A stretch of DNA of 64,000 nucleotides from Auanema rhodensis (Eukaryota > Animalia > Nematoda): NCBI GenBank assembly GCA_964057225.1, contig OZ059895.1, forward strand, positions 3,596,001 through 3,660,000. Direction: 5' to 3'. The first letter of the stretch is position 1. The number at the start of each line of letters is the position of its first letter. The notes below the pieces were generated by a model. That model was not told where the DNA came from. It searched no databases and saw nothing but the letters and a program-made list of their open reading frames with translations. Both the position numbers and the translations under genes were made by a program. This document shows positions 38,309 through 53,342 of the stretch, piece after piece.

Positions 38309-41300
38309 TCACATTCCAATTTTTTTGTATCTATCTTGTAAAGATAGTAATATATCATATGTTGAACACTATGTTGGAAAGATTTTAATTCAGATTTTTT
38401 CAACTTTCACTCAGTTTGTTTTCTAAACTTTGATTAAGAACCTTGAGTTTTGTACACCCATAAATTATACGCAGCACAGGTTACCCTTAAATAATGAACT
38501 GACCGACTAATCAGACATGGATCTTCCCAAGTTCTGTTGCTTGAATGGATGTTTTCCTACGTAGGCTAGTAAAACATGCCCTTCAAAGCATCAGAACATG
38601 TGATCACATTCCAATTTTTTTGTATCTATCTTGTAAAGATAGTAATAAACTTTGATTTTTGTACACCCATAAATTATACGCAGCACAGGTTACCCTTAAA
38701 TAATGAACTGACCGACTAATCAGACATGGATCTTTCCAAGTTCTGTTGCTTGAACGGATGTTTTCCTACGTAGGCTAGTAAAACATGCCCTTCAAAGCAT
38801 CAGAACATGTGACCACATTCCAATTTTTTTGTATCTATCTTGTAAAGATAGTAATAAACTTTGATTTTTGTACACCCATAAATTATACGCAGCACAGGTT
38901 ACCCTTAAATAATGAACTGACCGACTAATCAGACATGGATCTTTCCTAGTTCTGTTGCTTGAATGGATGTTTTCCTACGTAGGCTAGTAAAACATGCCCT
39001 TCAAAGCATCAGAACATGTGATCACATTCCAATTTTTTTGTATCTATTTTGTAAAGATAGTAATATATCATATGTTGAACACTATGTTGGAAAGATTTTA
39101 ATTCAGATTTTCTAACTTTTATTCAGTTTGTTTTTTAAACTTTGATTAAGAACTTTGATTTTTGTACACCCATAAATTATACGCAGCACAGGTTACCCTT
39201 AAATAATGAACTGACCGACTAATCAGACATGGATCTTTCCTAGTTCTGTTGCTTGAATGGATGTTTTCCTACGTAGGCTAGTAAAACATGCGCTTCAAAA
39301 CATCAGAACATGTGATCACATTCCAATTTTTTTGTATCTGTTTTGTAAAGATAGTAATAAACTTTGATTTTTGTACACCCATAAATTATACGCAGCACAG
39401 GTTACCCTTAAATAATGAACTGACCGACTAATCAGACATGGATCTTTCCTAGTTCTGTTGCTTGAATGGATGTTTTCCTACGTAGGCTAGTAAAACATGC
39501 CCTTCAAAGCATCAGAACATGTGATCACATTCCAATTTTTTTGTATCTATCTTGTAAAGATAGTAATATATCATATGTTGAACACTATGTTGGAAAGATT
39601 TTAATTCAGATTTTTTCAACTTTCACTCAGTTTGTTTTCTAAACTTTGATTAAGAACCTTGAGTTTTGTACACCCATAAATTATACGCAGCACAGGTTAC
39701 CCTTAAATAATGAACTGACCGACTAATCAGACATGGATCTTCCCAAGTTCTGTTGCTTGAATGGATGTTTTCCTACGTAGGCTAGTAAAACATGCCCTTC
39801 AAAGCATCAGAACATGTGATCACATTCCAATTTTTTTGTATCTATCTTGTAAAGATAGTAATAAACTTTGATTTTTGTACACCCATAAATTATACGCAGC
39901 ACAGGTTACCCTTAAATAATGAACTGACCGACTAATCAGACATGGATCTTTCCAAGTTCTGTTGCTTGAACGGATGTTTTCCTACGTAGGCTAGTAAAAC
40001 ATGCCCTTCAAAGCATCAGAACATGTGACCACATTCCAATTTTTTTGTATCTATCTTGTAAAGATAGTAATATATCATATGTTGAACACTATGTTGGAAA
40101 GATTTTAATTCAGATTTTTTCAACTTTCACTCAGTTTGTTTTCTAAACTTTGATTAAGAACCTTGTTGTTTGTACACCCATAAAATATACGCAGCACAGG
40201 TTACCCTTAAATAATGAACTGACCGTCTAATCAGACATGGATCTTCCCAAGTTCTGTTGCTTGAATGGATGTTTTCCTACGTAGGCTAGTAAAACATGCC
40301 CTTCAAAGCATCAGAACATGTGATCACATTCCAATTTTTTTGTATCTATCTTGTAAAGATAGTAATATATCATATGTTGAACACTATGTTGGAAAGATTT
40401 TAATTCAGATTTTCTAACTTTTATTCAGTTTGTTTTTTAAACTTTGATTAAGAACTTTGATATTTGTACACCCATAAATTATACGCAGCACAGGTTACCC
40501 TTAAATAATGAACTGACCGACTAATCAGACATGGATCTTTCCTAGTTCTGTTGCTTGAATGGATGTTTTCCTACGTAGGCTAGTAAAACATGCCCTTCAA
40601 AGCATCAGAACATGTTATCACATTCCAATTTTTTTGTATCTGTTTTGTAAAGATAGTAATAAACTTTGATTTTTGTACACCCATAAATTATACGCAGCAC
40701 AGGTTACCCTTAAATAATGAACTGACCGACTAATCAGACATGGATCTTTCCTAGTTCTGTTGCTTGAATGGATGTTTTCCTACGTAGGCTAGTAAAACAT
40801 GCCCTTCAAAGCATCAGAACATGTGATCACATTCCAATTTTTTTGTATCTATCTTGTAAAGATAGTAATATATCATATGTTGAACACTATGTTGGAAAGA
40901 TTTTAATTCAGATTTTTTCAACTTTCACTCAGTTTGTTTTCTAAACTTTCATTAAGAACCTTGAGTTTTGTACACCCATAAATTATACGCAGCACAGGTT
41001 ACCCTTAAATAATGAACTGACCGACTAATCAGACATGGATCTTCCCAAGTTCTGTTGCTTGAATGGATGTTTTCCTACGTAGGCTAGTAAAACATGCCCT
41101 TCAAAGCATCAGAACATGTGATCACATTCCAATTTTTTTGTATCTATCTTGTAAAGATAGTAATAAACTTTGATTTTTGTACACCCATAAATTATACGCA
41201 GCACAGGTTACCCTTAAATAATGAACTGACCGACTAATCAGACATGGATCTTTCCAAGTTCTGTTGCTTGAACGGATGTTTTCCTACGTAGGCTAGTAAA

Positions 41301-44300
41301 ACATGCCCTTCAAAGCATCAGAACATGTGACCACATTCCAATTTTTTTGTATCTATCTTGTAAAGATAGTAATATATCATATGTTGAACACTATGTTGGA
41401 AAGATTTTAATTCAGATTTTTTCAAATTTCACTCAGTTTGTTTTCTAAACTTTGATTAAGAACCTTGTTGTTTGTACACCCATAAAATATACGCAGCACA
41501 GGTTACCCTTAAATAATGAACTGACCGTCTAATCAGACATGGATCTTCCCAAGTTCTGTTGCTTGAATGGATGTTTTCCTACGTAGGCTAGTAAAACATG
41601 CCCTTCAAAGCATCAGAACATGTGATCACATTCCAATTTTTTTGTATCTATCTTGTAAAGATAGTAATATATCATATGTTGAACACTATGTTGGAAAGAT
41701 TTTAATTCAGATTTTCTAACTTTTATTCAGTTTGTTTTTTAAACTTTGATTAAGAACTTTGATATTTGTACACCCATAAATTATACGCAGCACAGGTTAC
41801 CCTTAAATAATGAACTGACCGACTAATCAGACATGGATCTTTCCTAGTTCTGTTGCTTGAATGGATGTTTTCCTACGTAGGCTAGTAAAACATGCCCTTC
41901 AAAGCATCAGAACATGTTATCACATTCCAATTTTTTTGTATCTATCTTGTAAAGATAGTAATGAACTTTGATTTTTGTACACCCATAAATTATACGCAGC
42001 ACAGGTTACCCTTAAATAATGAACTGACCGTCTAATCAGACATGGATCTTCCCAAGTTCTGTTGCTTGAATGGATGTTTTCCTACGTAGGCTAGTAAAAC
42101 ATGCCCTTCAAAGCATCAGAACATGTGATCACATTCCAATTTTTTTGTATCTATCTTGTAAAGATAGTAATATATCATATGTTGAACACTATGTTGGAAA
42201 GATTTTAATTCAGATTTTCTAACTTTTATTCAGTTTGTTTTTTAAACTTTGATTAAGAACTTTGATATTTGTACACCCATAAATTATACGCAGCACAGGT
42301 TACCCTTAAATAATGAACTGACCGACTAATCAGACATGGATCTTTCCTAGTTCTGTTGCTTGAATGGATGTTTTCCTACGTAGGCTAGTAAAACATGCCC
42401 TTCAAAGCATCAGAACATGTGATCACATTCCAATTTTTTTGTATCTATCTTGTAAAGATAGTAATATATCATATGTTGAACACTATGTTGGAAAGATTTT
42501 AATTCAGATTTTTTCAACTTTCACTCAGTTTGTTTTCTAAACTTTCATTAAGAACCTTGAGTTTTGTACACCCATAAATTATACGCAGCACAGGTTACCC
42601 TTAAATAATGAACTGACCGACTAATCAGACATGGATCTTCCCAAGTTCTGTTGCTTGAATGGATGTTTTCCTACGTAGGCTAGTAAAACATGCCCTTCAA
42701 AGCATCAGAACATGTGATCACATTCCAATTTTTTTGTATCTATCTTGTAAAGATAGTAATAAACTTTGATTTTTGTACACCCATAAATTATACGCAGCAC
42801 AGGTTACCCTTAAATAATGAACTGACCGACTAATCAGACATGGATCTTTCCAAGTTCTGTTGCTTGAACGGATGTTTTCCTACGTAGGCTAGTAAAACAT
42901 GCCCTTCAAAGCATCAGAACATGTGACCACATTCCAATTTTTTTGTATCTATCTTGTAAAGATAGTAATATATCATATGTTGAACACTATGTTGGAAAGA
43001 TTTTAATTCAGATTTTTTCAAATTTCACTCAGTTTGTTTTCTAAACTTTGATTAAGAACCTTGTTGTTTGTACACCCATAAAATATACGCAGCACAGGTT
43101 ACCCTTAAATAATGAACTGACCGTCTAATCAGACATGGATCTTCCCAAGTTCTGTTGCTTGAATGGATGTTTTCCTACGTAGGCTAGTAAAACATGCCCT
43201 TCAAAGCATCAGAACATGTGATCACATTCCAATTTTTTTGTATCTATCTTGTAAAGATAGTAATATATCATATGTTGAACACTATGTTGGAAAGATTTTA
43301 ATTCAGATTTTCTAACTTTTATTCAGTTTGTTTTTTAAACTTTGATTAAGAACTTTGATATTTGTACACCCATAAATTATACGCAGCACAGGTTACCCTT
43401 AAATAATGAACTGACCGACTAATCAGACATGGATCTTTCCTAGTTCTGTTGCTTGAATGGATGTTTTCCTACGTAGGCTAGTAAAACATGCCCTTCAAAG
43501 CATCAGAACATGTTATCACATTCCAATTTTTTTGTATCTATCTTGTAAAGATAGTAATGAACTTTGATTTTTGTACACCCATAAATTATACGCAGCACAG
43601 GTTACCCTTAAATAATGAACTGACCGTCTAATCAGACATGGATCTTCCCAAGTTCTGTTGCTTGAATGGATGTTTTCCTACGTAGGCTAGTAAAACATGC
43701 CCTTCAAAGCATCAGAACATGTGATCACATTCCAATTTTTTTGTATCTATCTTGTAAAGATAGTAATATATCATATGTTGAACACTATGTTGGAAAGATT
43801 TTAATTCAGATTTTCTAACTTTTATTCAGTTTGTTTTTTAAACTTTGATTAAGAACTTTGATATTTGTACACCCATAAATTATACGCAGCACAGGTTACC
43901 CTTAAATAATGAACTGACCGACTAATCAGACATGGATCTTCCCAAGTTCTGTTGCTTGAATGGATGTTTTCCTACGTAGGCTAGTAAAACATGCCCTTCA
44001 AAGCATCAGAACATGTGATCACATTCCAATTTTTTTGTATCTATCTTGTAAAGATAGTAATATATCATATGTTGAACACTATGTTGGAAAGATTTTAATT
44101 CAGATTTTCTAACTTTTATTCAGTTTGTTTTCTAAACTTTCATTAAGAACCTTGAGTTTTGTACACCCATAAATTATACGCAGCACAGGTTACCCTTAAA
44201 TAATGAACTGACCGACTAATCAGACATGGATCTTCCCAAGTTCTGTTGCTTGAATGGATGTTTTCCTACGTAGGCTAGTAAAACATGCCCTTCAAAGCAT

Positions 44301-47300
44301 CAGAACATGTGATCACATTCCAATTTTTTTGTATCTATCTTGTAAAGATAGTAATAAACTTTGATTTTTGTACACCCATAAATTATACGCAGCACAGGTT
44401 ACCCTTAAATAATGAACTGACCGACTAATCAGACATGGATCTTTCCTAGTTCTGTTGCTTGAATGGATGTTTTCCTACGTAGGCTAGTAAAACATGCCCT
44501 TCAAAGCATCAGAACATGTGATCACATTCCAATTTTTTTGTATCTATTTTGTAAAGATAGTAATATATCATATGTTGAACACTATGTTGGAAAGATTTTA
44601 ATTCAGATTTTCTAACTTTTATTCAGTTTGTTTTTTAAACTTTGATTAAGAACTTTGATTTTTGTACACCCATAAATTATACGCAGCACAGGTTACCCTT
44701 AAATAATGAACTGACCGACTAATCAGACATGGATCTTTCCTAGTTCTGTTGCTTGAATGGATGTTTTCCTACGTAGGCTAGTAAAACATGCGCTTCAAAA
44801 CATCAGAACATGTGATCACATTCCAATTTTTTTGTATCTGTTTTGTAAAGATAGTAATAAACTTTGATTTTTGTACACCCATAAATTATACGCAGCACAG
44901 GTTACCCTTAAATAATGAACTGACCGACTAATCAGACATGGATCTTTCCTAGTTCTGTTGCTTGAATGGATGTTTTCCTACGTAGGCTAGTAAAACATGC
45001 CCTTCAAAGCATCAGAACATGTGACCACATTCCAATTTTTTTGTATCTATCTTGTAAAGATAGTAATATATCATATGTTGAACACTATGTTGGAAAGATT
45101 TTAATTCAGATTTTTTCAACTTTCACTCAGTTTGTTTTCTAAACTTTGATTAAGAACCTTGTTGTTTGTACACCCATAAATTATACGCAGCACAGGTTAC
45201 CCTTAAATAATGAACTGACCGTCTAATCAGACATGGATCTTCCCAAGTTCTGTTGCTTGAATGGATGTTTTCCTACGTAGGCTAGTAAAACATGCCCTTC
45301 AAAGCATCAGAACATGTGATCACATTCCAATTTTTTTGTATCTATCTTGTAAAGATAGTAATATATCATATGTTGAACACTATGTTGGAAAGATTTTAAT
45401 TCAGATTTTCTAACTTTTATTCAGTTTGTTTTTTAAACTTTGATTAAGAACTTTGATATTTGTACACCCATAAATTATACGCAGCACAGGTTACCCTTAA
45501 ATAATGAACTGACCGACTAATCAGACATGGATCTTTCCTAGTTCTGTTGCTTGAATGGATGTTTTCCTACGTAGGCTAGTAAAACATGCCCTTCAAAGCA
45601 TCAGAACATGTGATCACATTCCAATTTTTTTGTATCTATCTTGTAAAGATAGTAATATATCATATGTTGAACACTATGTTGGAAAGATTTTAATTCAGAT
45701 TTTTTCAACTTTCACTCAGTTTGTTTTCTAAACTTTGATTAAGAACCTTGAGTTTTGTACACCCATAAATTATACGCAGCACAGGTTACCCTTAAATAAT
45801 GAACTGACCGACTAATCAGACATGGATCTTCCCAAGTTCTGTTGCTTGAATGGATGTTTTCCTACGTAGGCTAGTAAAACATGCCCTTCAAAGCATCAGA
45901 ACATGTGATCACATTCCAATTTTTTTGTATCTATCTTGTAAAGATAGTAATATATCATATGTTGAACACTATGTTGGAAAGATTTTAATTCAGATTTTTT
46001 CAACTTTCACTCAGTTTGTTTTCTAAACTTTGATTAAGAACCTTGAGTTTTGTACACCCATAAATTATACGCAGCACAGGTTACCCTTAAATAATGAACT
46101 GACCGACTAATCAGACATGGATCTTCCCAAGTTCTGTTGCTTGAATGGATGTTTTCCTACGTAGGCTAGTAAAACATGCCCTTCAAAGCATCAGAACATG
46201 TGATCACATTCCAATTTTTTTGTATCTATCTTGTAAAGATAGTAATAAACTTTGATTTTTGTACACCCATAAATTATACGCAGCACAGGTTACCCTTAAA
46301 TAATGAACTGACCGACTAATCAGACATGGATCTTTCCAAGTTCTGTTGCTTGAACGGATGTTTTCCTACGTAGGCTAGTAAAACATGCCCTTCAAAGCAT
46401 CAGAACATGTGACCACATTCCAATTTTTTTGTATTTATCTTGTAAAGATAGTAATATATCATATGTTGAACACTATGTTGGAAAGATTTTAATTCAGATT
46501 TTTTCAACTTTCACTCAGTTTGTTTTCTAAACTTTGATTAAGAACCTTGTTGTTTGTACACCCATAAAATATACGCAGCACAGGTTACCCTTAAATAATG
46601 AACTGACCGTCTAATCAGACATGGATCTTCCCAAGTTCTGTTGCTTGAATGGATGTTTTCCTACGTAGGCTAGTAAAACATGCCCTTCAAAGCATCAGAA
46701 CATGTGATCACATTCCAATTTTGTATCTATCTTGTAAAGATAGTAATATATCATATGTTGAACACTATGTTGGAAAGATTTTAATTCAGATTTTCTAACT
46801 TTTATTCAGTTTGTTTTTTAAACTTTGATTAAGAACTTTGATATTTGTACACCCATAAATTATACGCAGCACAGGTTACCCTTAAATAATGAACTGACCG
46901 ACTAATCAGACATGGATCTTTCCTAGTTCTGTTGCTTGAATGGATGTTTTCCTACGTAGGCTAGTAAAACATGCCCTTCAAAGCATCAGAACATGTGATC
47001 ACATTCCAATTTTTTTGTATCTATCTTGTAAAGATAGTAATAAACTTTGATTTTTGTACACCCATAAATTATACGCAGCACAGGTTACCCTTAAATAATG
47101 AACTGACCGACTAATCAGACATGGATCTTTCCTAGTTCTGTTGCTTGAATGGATGTTTTCCTACGTAGGCTAGTAAAACATGCCCTTCAAAGCATCAGAA
47201 CATGTGATCACATTCCAATTTTTTTGTATCTATTTTGTAAAGATAGTAATATATCATATGTTGAACACTATGTTGGAAAGATTTTAATTCAGATTTTCTA

Positions 47301-50300
47301 ACTTTTATTCAGTTTGTTTTTTAAACTTTGATTAAGAACTTTGATTTTTGTACACCCATAAATTATACGCAGCACAGGTTACCCTTAAATAATGAACTGA
47401 CCGACTAATCAGACATGGATCTTTCCTAGTTCTGTTGCTTGAATGGATGTTTTCCTACGTAGGCTAGTAAAACATGCGCTTCAAAACATCAGAACATGTG
47501 ATCACATTCCAATTTTTTTGTATCTGTTTTGTAAAGATAGTAATAAACTTTGATTTTTGTACACCCATAAATTATACGCAGCACAGGTTACCCTTAAATA
47601 ATGAACTGACCGACTAATCAGACATGGATCTTTCCTAGTTCTGTTGCTTGAATGGATGTTTTCCTACGTAGGCTAGTAAAACATGCCCTTCAAAGCATCA
47701 GAACATGTGATCACATTCCAATTTTTTTGTATCTATCTTGTAAAGATAGTAATATATCATATGTTGAACACTATGTTGGAAAGATTTTAATTCAGATTTT
47801 TTCAACTTTCACTCAGTTTGTTTTCTAAACTTTGATTAAGAACCTTGAGTTTTGTACACCCATAAATTATACGCAGCACAGGTTACCCTTAAATAATGAA
47901 CTGACCGACTAATCAGACATGGATCTTCCCAAGTTCTGTTGCTTGAATGGATGTTTTCCTACGTAGGCTAGTAAAACATGCCCTTCAAAGCATCAGAACA
48001 TGTGATCACATTCCAATTTTTTTGTATCTATCTTGTAAAGATAGTAATAAACTTTGATTTTTGTACACCCATAAATTATACGCAGCACAGGTTACCCTTA
48101 AATAATGAACTGACCGACTAATCAGACATGGATCTTTCCAAGTTCTGTTGCTTGAACGGATGTTTTCCTACGTAGGCTAGTAAAACATGCCCTTCAAAGC
48201 ATCAGAACATGTGACCACATTCCAATTTTTTTGTATCTATCTTGTAAAGATAGTAATAAACTTTGATTTTTGTACACCCATAAATTATACGCAGCACAGG
48301 TTACCCTTAAATAATGAACTGACCGACTAATCAGACATGGATCTTTCCTAGTTCTGTTGCTTGAATGGATGTTTTCCTACGTAGGCTAGTAAAACATGCC
48401 CTTCAAAGCATCAGAACATGTGATCACATTCCAATTTTTTTGTATCTATTTTGTAAAGATAGTAATATATCATATGTTGAACACTATGTTGGAAAGATTT
48501 TAATTCAGATTTTCTAACTTTTATTCAGTTTGTTTTTTAAACTTTGATTAAGAACTTTGATTTTTGTACACCCATAAATTATACGCAGCACAGGTTACCC
48601 TTAAATAATGAACTGACCGACTAATCAGACATGGATCTTTCCTAGTTCTGTTGCTTGAATGGATGTTTTCCTACGTAGGCTAGTAAAACATGCGCTTCAA
48701 AACATCAGAACATGTGATCACATTCCAATTTTTTTGTATCTGTTTTGTAAAGATAGTAATAAACTTTGATTTTTGTACACCCATAAATTATACGCAGCAC
48801 AGGTTACCCTTAAATAATGAACTGACCGACTAATCAGACATGGATCTTTCCTAGTTCTGTTGCTTGAATGGATGTTTTCCTACGTAGGCTAGTAAAACAT
48901 GCCCTTCAAAGCATCAGAACATGTGATCACATTCCAATTTTTTTGTATCTATCTTGTAAAGATAGTAATATATCATATGTTGAACACTATGTTGGAAAGA
49001 TTTTAATTCAGATTTTTTCAACTTTCACTCAGTTTGTTTTCTAAACTTTGATTAAGAACCTTGAGTTTTGTACACCCATAAATTATACGCAGCACAGGTT
49101 ACCCTTAAATAATGAACTGACCGACTAATCAGACATGGATCTTCCCAAGTTCTGTTGCTTGAATGGATGTTTTCCTACGTAGGCTAGTAAAACATGCCCT
49201 TCAAAGCATCAGAACATGTGATCACATTCCAATTTTTTTGTATCTATCTTGTAAAGATAGTAATAAACTTTGATTTTTGTACACCCATAAATTATACGCA
49301 GCACAGGTTACCCTTAAATAATGAACTGACCGACTAATCAGACATGGATCTTTCCAAGTTCTGTTGCTTGAACGGATGTTTTCCTACGTAGGCTAGTAAA
49401 ACATGCCCTTCAAAGCATCAGAACATGTGACCACATTCCAATTTTTTTGTATCTATCTTGTAAAGATAGTAATATATCATATGTTGAACACTATGTTGGA
49501 AAGATTTTAATTCAGATTTTTTCAACTTTCACTCAGTTTGTTTTCTAAACTTTGATTAAGAACCTTGTTGTTTGTACACCCATAAAATATACGCAGCACA
49601 GGTTACCCTTAAATAATGAACTGACCGTCTAATCAGACATGGATCTTCCCAAGTTCTGTTGCTTGAATGGATGTTTTCCTACGTAGGCTAGTAAAACATG
49701 CCCTTCAAAGCATCAGAACATGTGATCACATTCCAATTTTTTTGTATCTATCTTGTAAAGATAGTAATATATCATATGTTGAACACTATGTTGGAAAGAT
49801 TTTAATTCAGATTTTCTAACTTTTATTCAGTTTGTTTTTTAAACTTTGATTAAGAACTTTGATATTTGTACACCCATAAATTATACGCAGCACAGGTTAC
49901 CCTTAAATAATGAACTGACCGACTAATCAGACATGGATCTTTCCTAGTTCTGTTGCTTGAATGGATGTTTTCCTACGTAGGCTAGTAAAACATGCCCTTC
50001 AAAGCATCAGAACATGTTATCACATTCCAATTTTTTTGTATCTGTTTTGTAAAGATAGTAATAAACTTTGATTTTTGTACACCCATAAATTATACGCAGC
50101 ACAGGTTACCCTTAAATAATGAACTGACCGACTAATCAGACATGGATCTTTCCTAGTTCTGTTGCTTGAATGGATGTTTTCCTACGTAGGCTAGTAAAAC
50201 ATGCCCTTCAAAGCATCAGAACATGTGATCACATTCCAATTTTTTTGTATCTATCTTGTAAAGATAGTAATATATCATATGTTGAACACTATGTTGGAAA

Positions 50301-53300
50301 GATTTTAATTCAGATTTTTTCAACTTTCACTCAGTTTGTTTTCTAAACTTTCATTAAGAACCTTGAGTTTTGTACACCCATAAATTATACGCAGCACAGG
50401 TTACCCTTAAATAATGAACTGACCGACTAATCAGACATGGATCTTCCCAAGTTCTGTTGCTTGAATGGATGTTTTCCTACGTAGGCTAGTAAAACATGCC
50501 CTTCAAAGCATCAGAACATGTGATCACATTCCAATTTTTTTGTATCTATCTTGTAAAGATAGTAATAAACTTTGATTTTTGTACACCCATAAATTATACG
50601 CAGCACAGGTTACCCTTAAATAATGAACTGACCGACTAATCAGACATGGATCTTTCCAAGTTCTGTTGCTTGAACGGATGTTTTCCTACGTAGGCTAGTA
50701 AAACATGCCCTTCAAAGCATCAGAACATGTGACCACATTCCAATTTTTTTGTATCTATCTTGTAAAGATAGTAATATATCATATGTTGAACACTATGTTG
50801 GAAAGATTTTAATTCAGATTTTTTCAAATTTCACTCAGTTTGTTTTCTAAACTTTGATTAAGAACCTTGTTGTTTGTACACCCATAAAATATACGCAGCA
50901 CAGGTTACCCTTAAATAATGAACTGACCGTCTAATCAGACATGGATCTTCCCAAGTTCTGTTGCTTGAATGGATGTTTTCCTACGTAGGCTAGTAAAACA
51001 TGCCCTTCAAAGCATCAGAACATGTGATCACATTCCAATTTTTTTGTATCTATCTTGTAAAGATAGTAATATATCATATGTTGAACACTATGTTGGAAAG
51101 ATTTTAATTCAGATTTTCTAACTTTTATTCAGTTTGTTTTTTAAACTTTGATTAAGAACTTTGATATTTGTACACCCATAAATTATACGCAGCACAGGTT
51201 ACCCTTAAATAATGAACTGACCGACTAATCAGACATGGATCTTTCCTAGTTCTGTTGCTTGAATGGATGTTTTCCTACGTAGGCTAGTAAAACATGCCCT
51301 TCAAAGCATCAGAACATGTTATCACATTCCAATTTTTTTGTATCTATCTTGTAAAGATAGTAATGAACTTTGATTTTTGTACACCCATAAATTATACGCA
51401 GCACAGGTTACCCTTAAATAATGAACTGACCGTCTAATCAGACATGGATCTTCCCAAGTTCTGTTGCTTGAATGGATGTTTTCCTACGTAGGCTAGTAAA
51501 ACATGCCCTTCAAAGCATCAGAACATGTGATCACATTCCAATTTTTTTGTATCTATCTTGTAAAGATAGTAATATATCATATGTTGAACACTATGTTGGA
51601 AAGATTTTAATTCAGATTTTCTAACTTTTATTCAGTTTGTTTTTTAAACTTTGATTAAGAACTTTGATATTTGTACACCCATAAATTATACGCAGCACAG
51701 GTTACCCTTAAATAATGAACTGACCGACTAATCAGACATGGATCTTTCCTAGTTCTGTTGCTTGAATGGATGTTTTCCTACGTAGGCTAGTAAAACATGC
51801 CCTTCAAAGCATCAGAACATGTGATCACATTCCAATTTTTTTGTATCTATCTTGTAAAGATAGTAATATATCATATGTTGAACACTATGTTGGAAAGATT
51901 TTAATTCAGATTTTTTCAACTTTCACTCAGTTTGTTTTCTAAACTTTGATTAAGAACCTTGAGTTTTGTACACCCATAAATTATACGCAGCACAGGTTAC
52001 CCTTAAATAATGAACTGACCGACTAATCAGACATGGATCTTCCCAAGTTCTGTTGCTTGAATGGATGTTTTCCTACGTAGGCTAGTAAAACATGCCCTTC
52101 AAAGCATCAGAACATGTGATCACATTCCAATTTTTTTGTATCTATCTTGTAAAGATAGTAATAAACTTTGATTTTTGTACACCCATAAATTATACGCAGC
52201 ACAGGTTACCCTTAAATAATGAACTGACCGACTAATCAGACATGGATCTTTCCAAGTTCTGTTGCTTGAACGGATGTTTTCCTACGTAGGCTAGTAAAAC
52301 ATGCCCTTCAAAGCATCAGAACATGTGACCACATTCCAATTTTTTTGTATCTATCTTGTAAAGATAGTAATATATCATATGTTGAACACTATGTTGGAAA
52401 GATTTTAATTCAGATTTTTTCAAATTTCACTCAGTTTGTTTTCTAAACTTTGATTAAGAACCTTGTTGTTTGTACACCCATAAAATATACGCAGCACAGG
52501 TTACCCTTAAATAATGAACTGACCGTCTAATCAGACATGGATCTTCCCAAGTTCTGTTGCTTGAATGGATGTTTTCCTACGTAGGCTAGTAAAACATGCC
52601 CTTCAAAGCATCAGAACATGTGATCACATTCCAATTTTTTTGTATCTATCTTGTAAAGATAGTAATATATCATATGTTGAACACTATGTTGGAAAGATTT
52701 TAATTCAGATTTTCTAACTTTTATTCAGTTTGTTTTTTAAACTTTGATTAAGAACTTTGATATTTGTACACCCATAAATTATACGCAGCACAGGTTACCC
52801 TTAAATAATGAACTGACCGACTAATCAGACATGGATCTTTCCTAGTTCTGTTGCTTGAATGGATGTTTTCCTACGTAGGCTAGTAAAACATGCCCTTCAA
52901 AGCATCAGAACATGTTATCACATTCCAATTTTTTTGTATCTATCTTGTAAAGATAGTAATGAACTTTGATTTTTGTACACCCATAAATTATACGCAGCAC
53001 AGGTTACCCTTAAATAATGAACTGACCGTCTAATCAGACATGGATCTTCCCAAGTTCTGTTGCTTGAATGGATGTTTTCCTACGTAGGCTAGTAAAACAT
53101 GCCCTTCAAAGCATCAGAACATGTGATCACATTCCAATTTTTTTGTATCTATCTTGTAAAGATAGTAATATATCATATGTTGAACACTATGTTGGAAAGA
53201 TTTTAATTCAGATTTTCTAACTTTTATTCAGTTTGTTTTTTAAACTTTGATTAAGAACTTTGATATTTGTACACCCATAAATTATACGCAGCACAGGTTA

Positions 53301-53342
53301 CCCTTAAATAATGAACTGACCGACTAATCAGACATGGATCTT
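34837..53342 (+). repeat. ~9.1-kb near-tandem segmental duplication (34837-43940 vs 44239-53342, period 9402)
   Basis: Markers at +9402: 35390/44792, 37029/46431, 37321/46723, 38076/47478, 39292/48694, 40950/50352, 43022/52424, 43514/52916, 43559/52961. One discordant site was noticed (42546 c vs 51948 g). Confidence 0.9.
40690..43885 (+). repeat. 1596-bp tandem duplication (6-monomer unit) nested within the 9402-bp unit
   Basis: tttCatt at 40950/42546, caaAttt at 41426/43022, gtTatc at 41918/43514 and taatGaa at 41963/43559 all recur at +1596. Confidence 0.85.
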
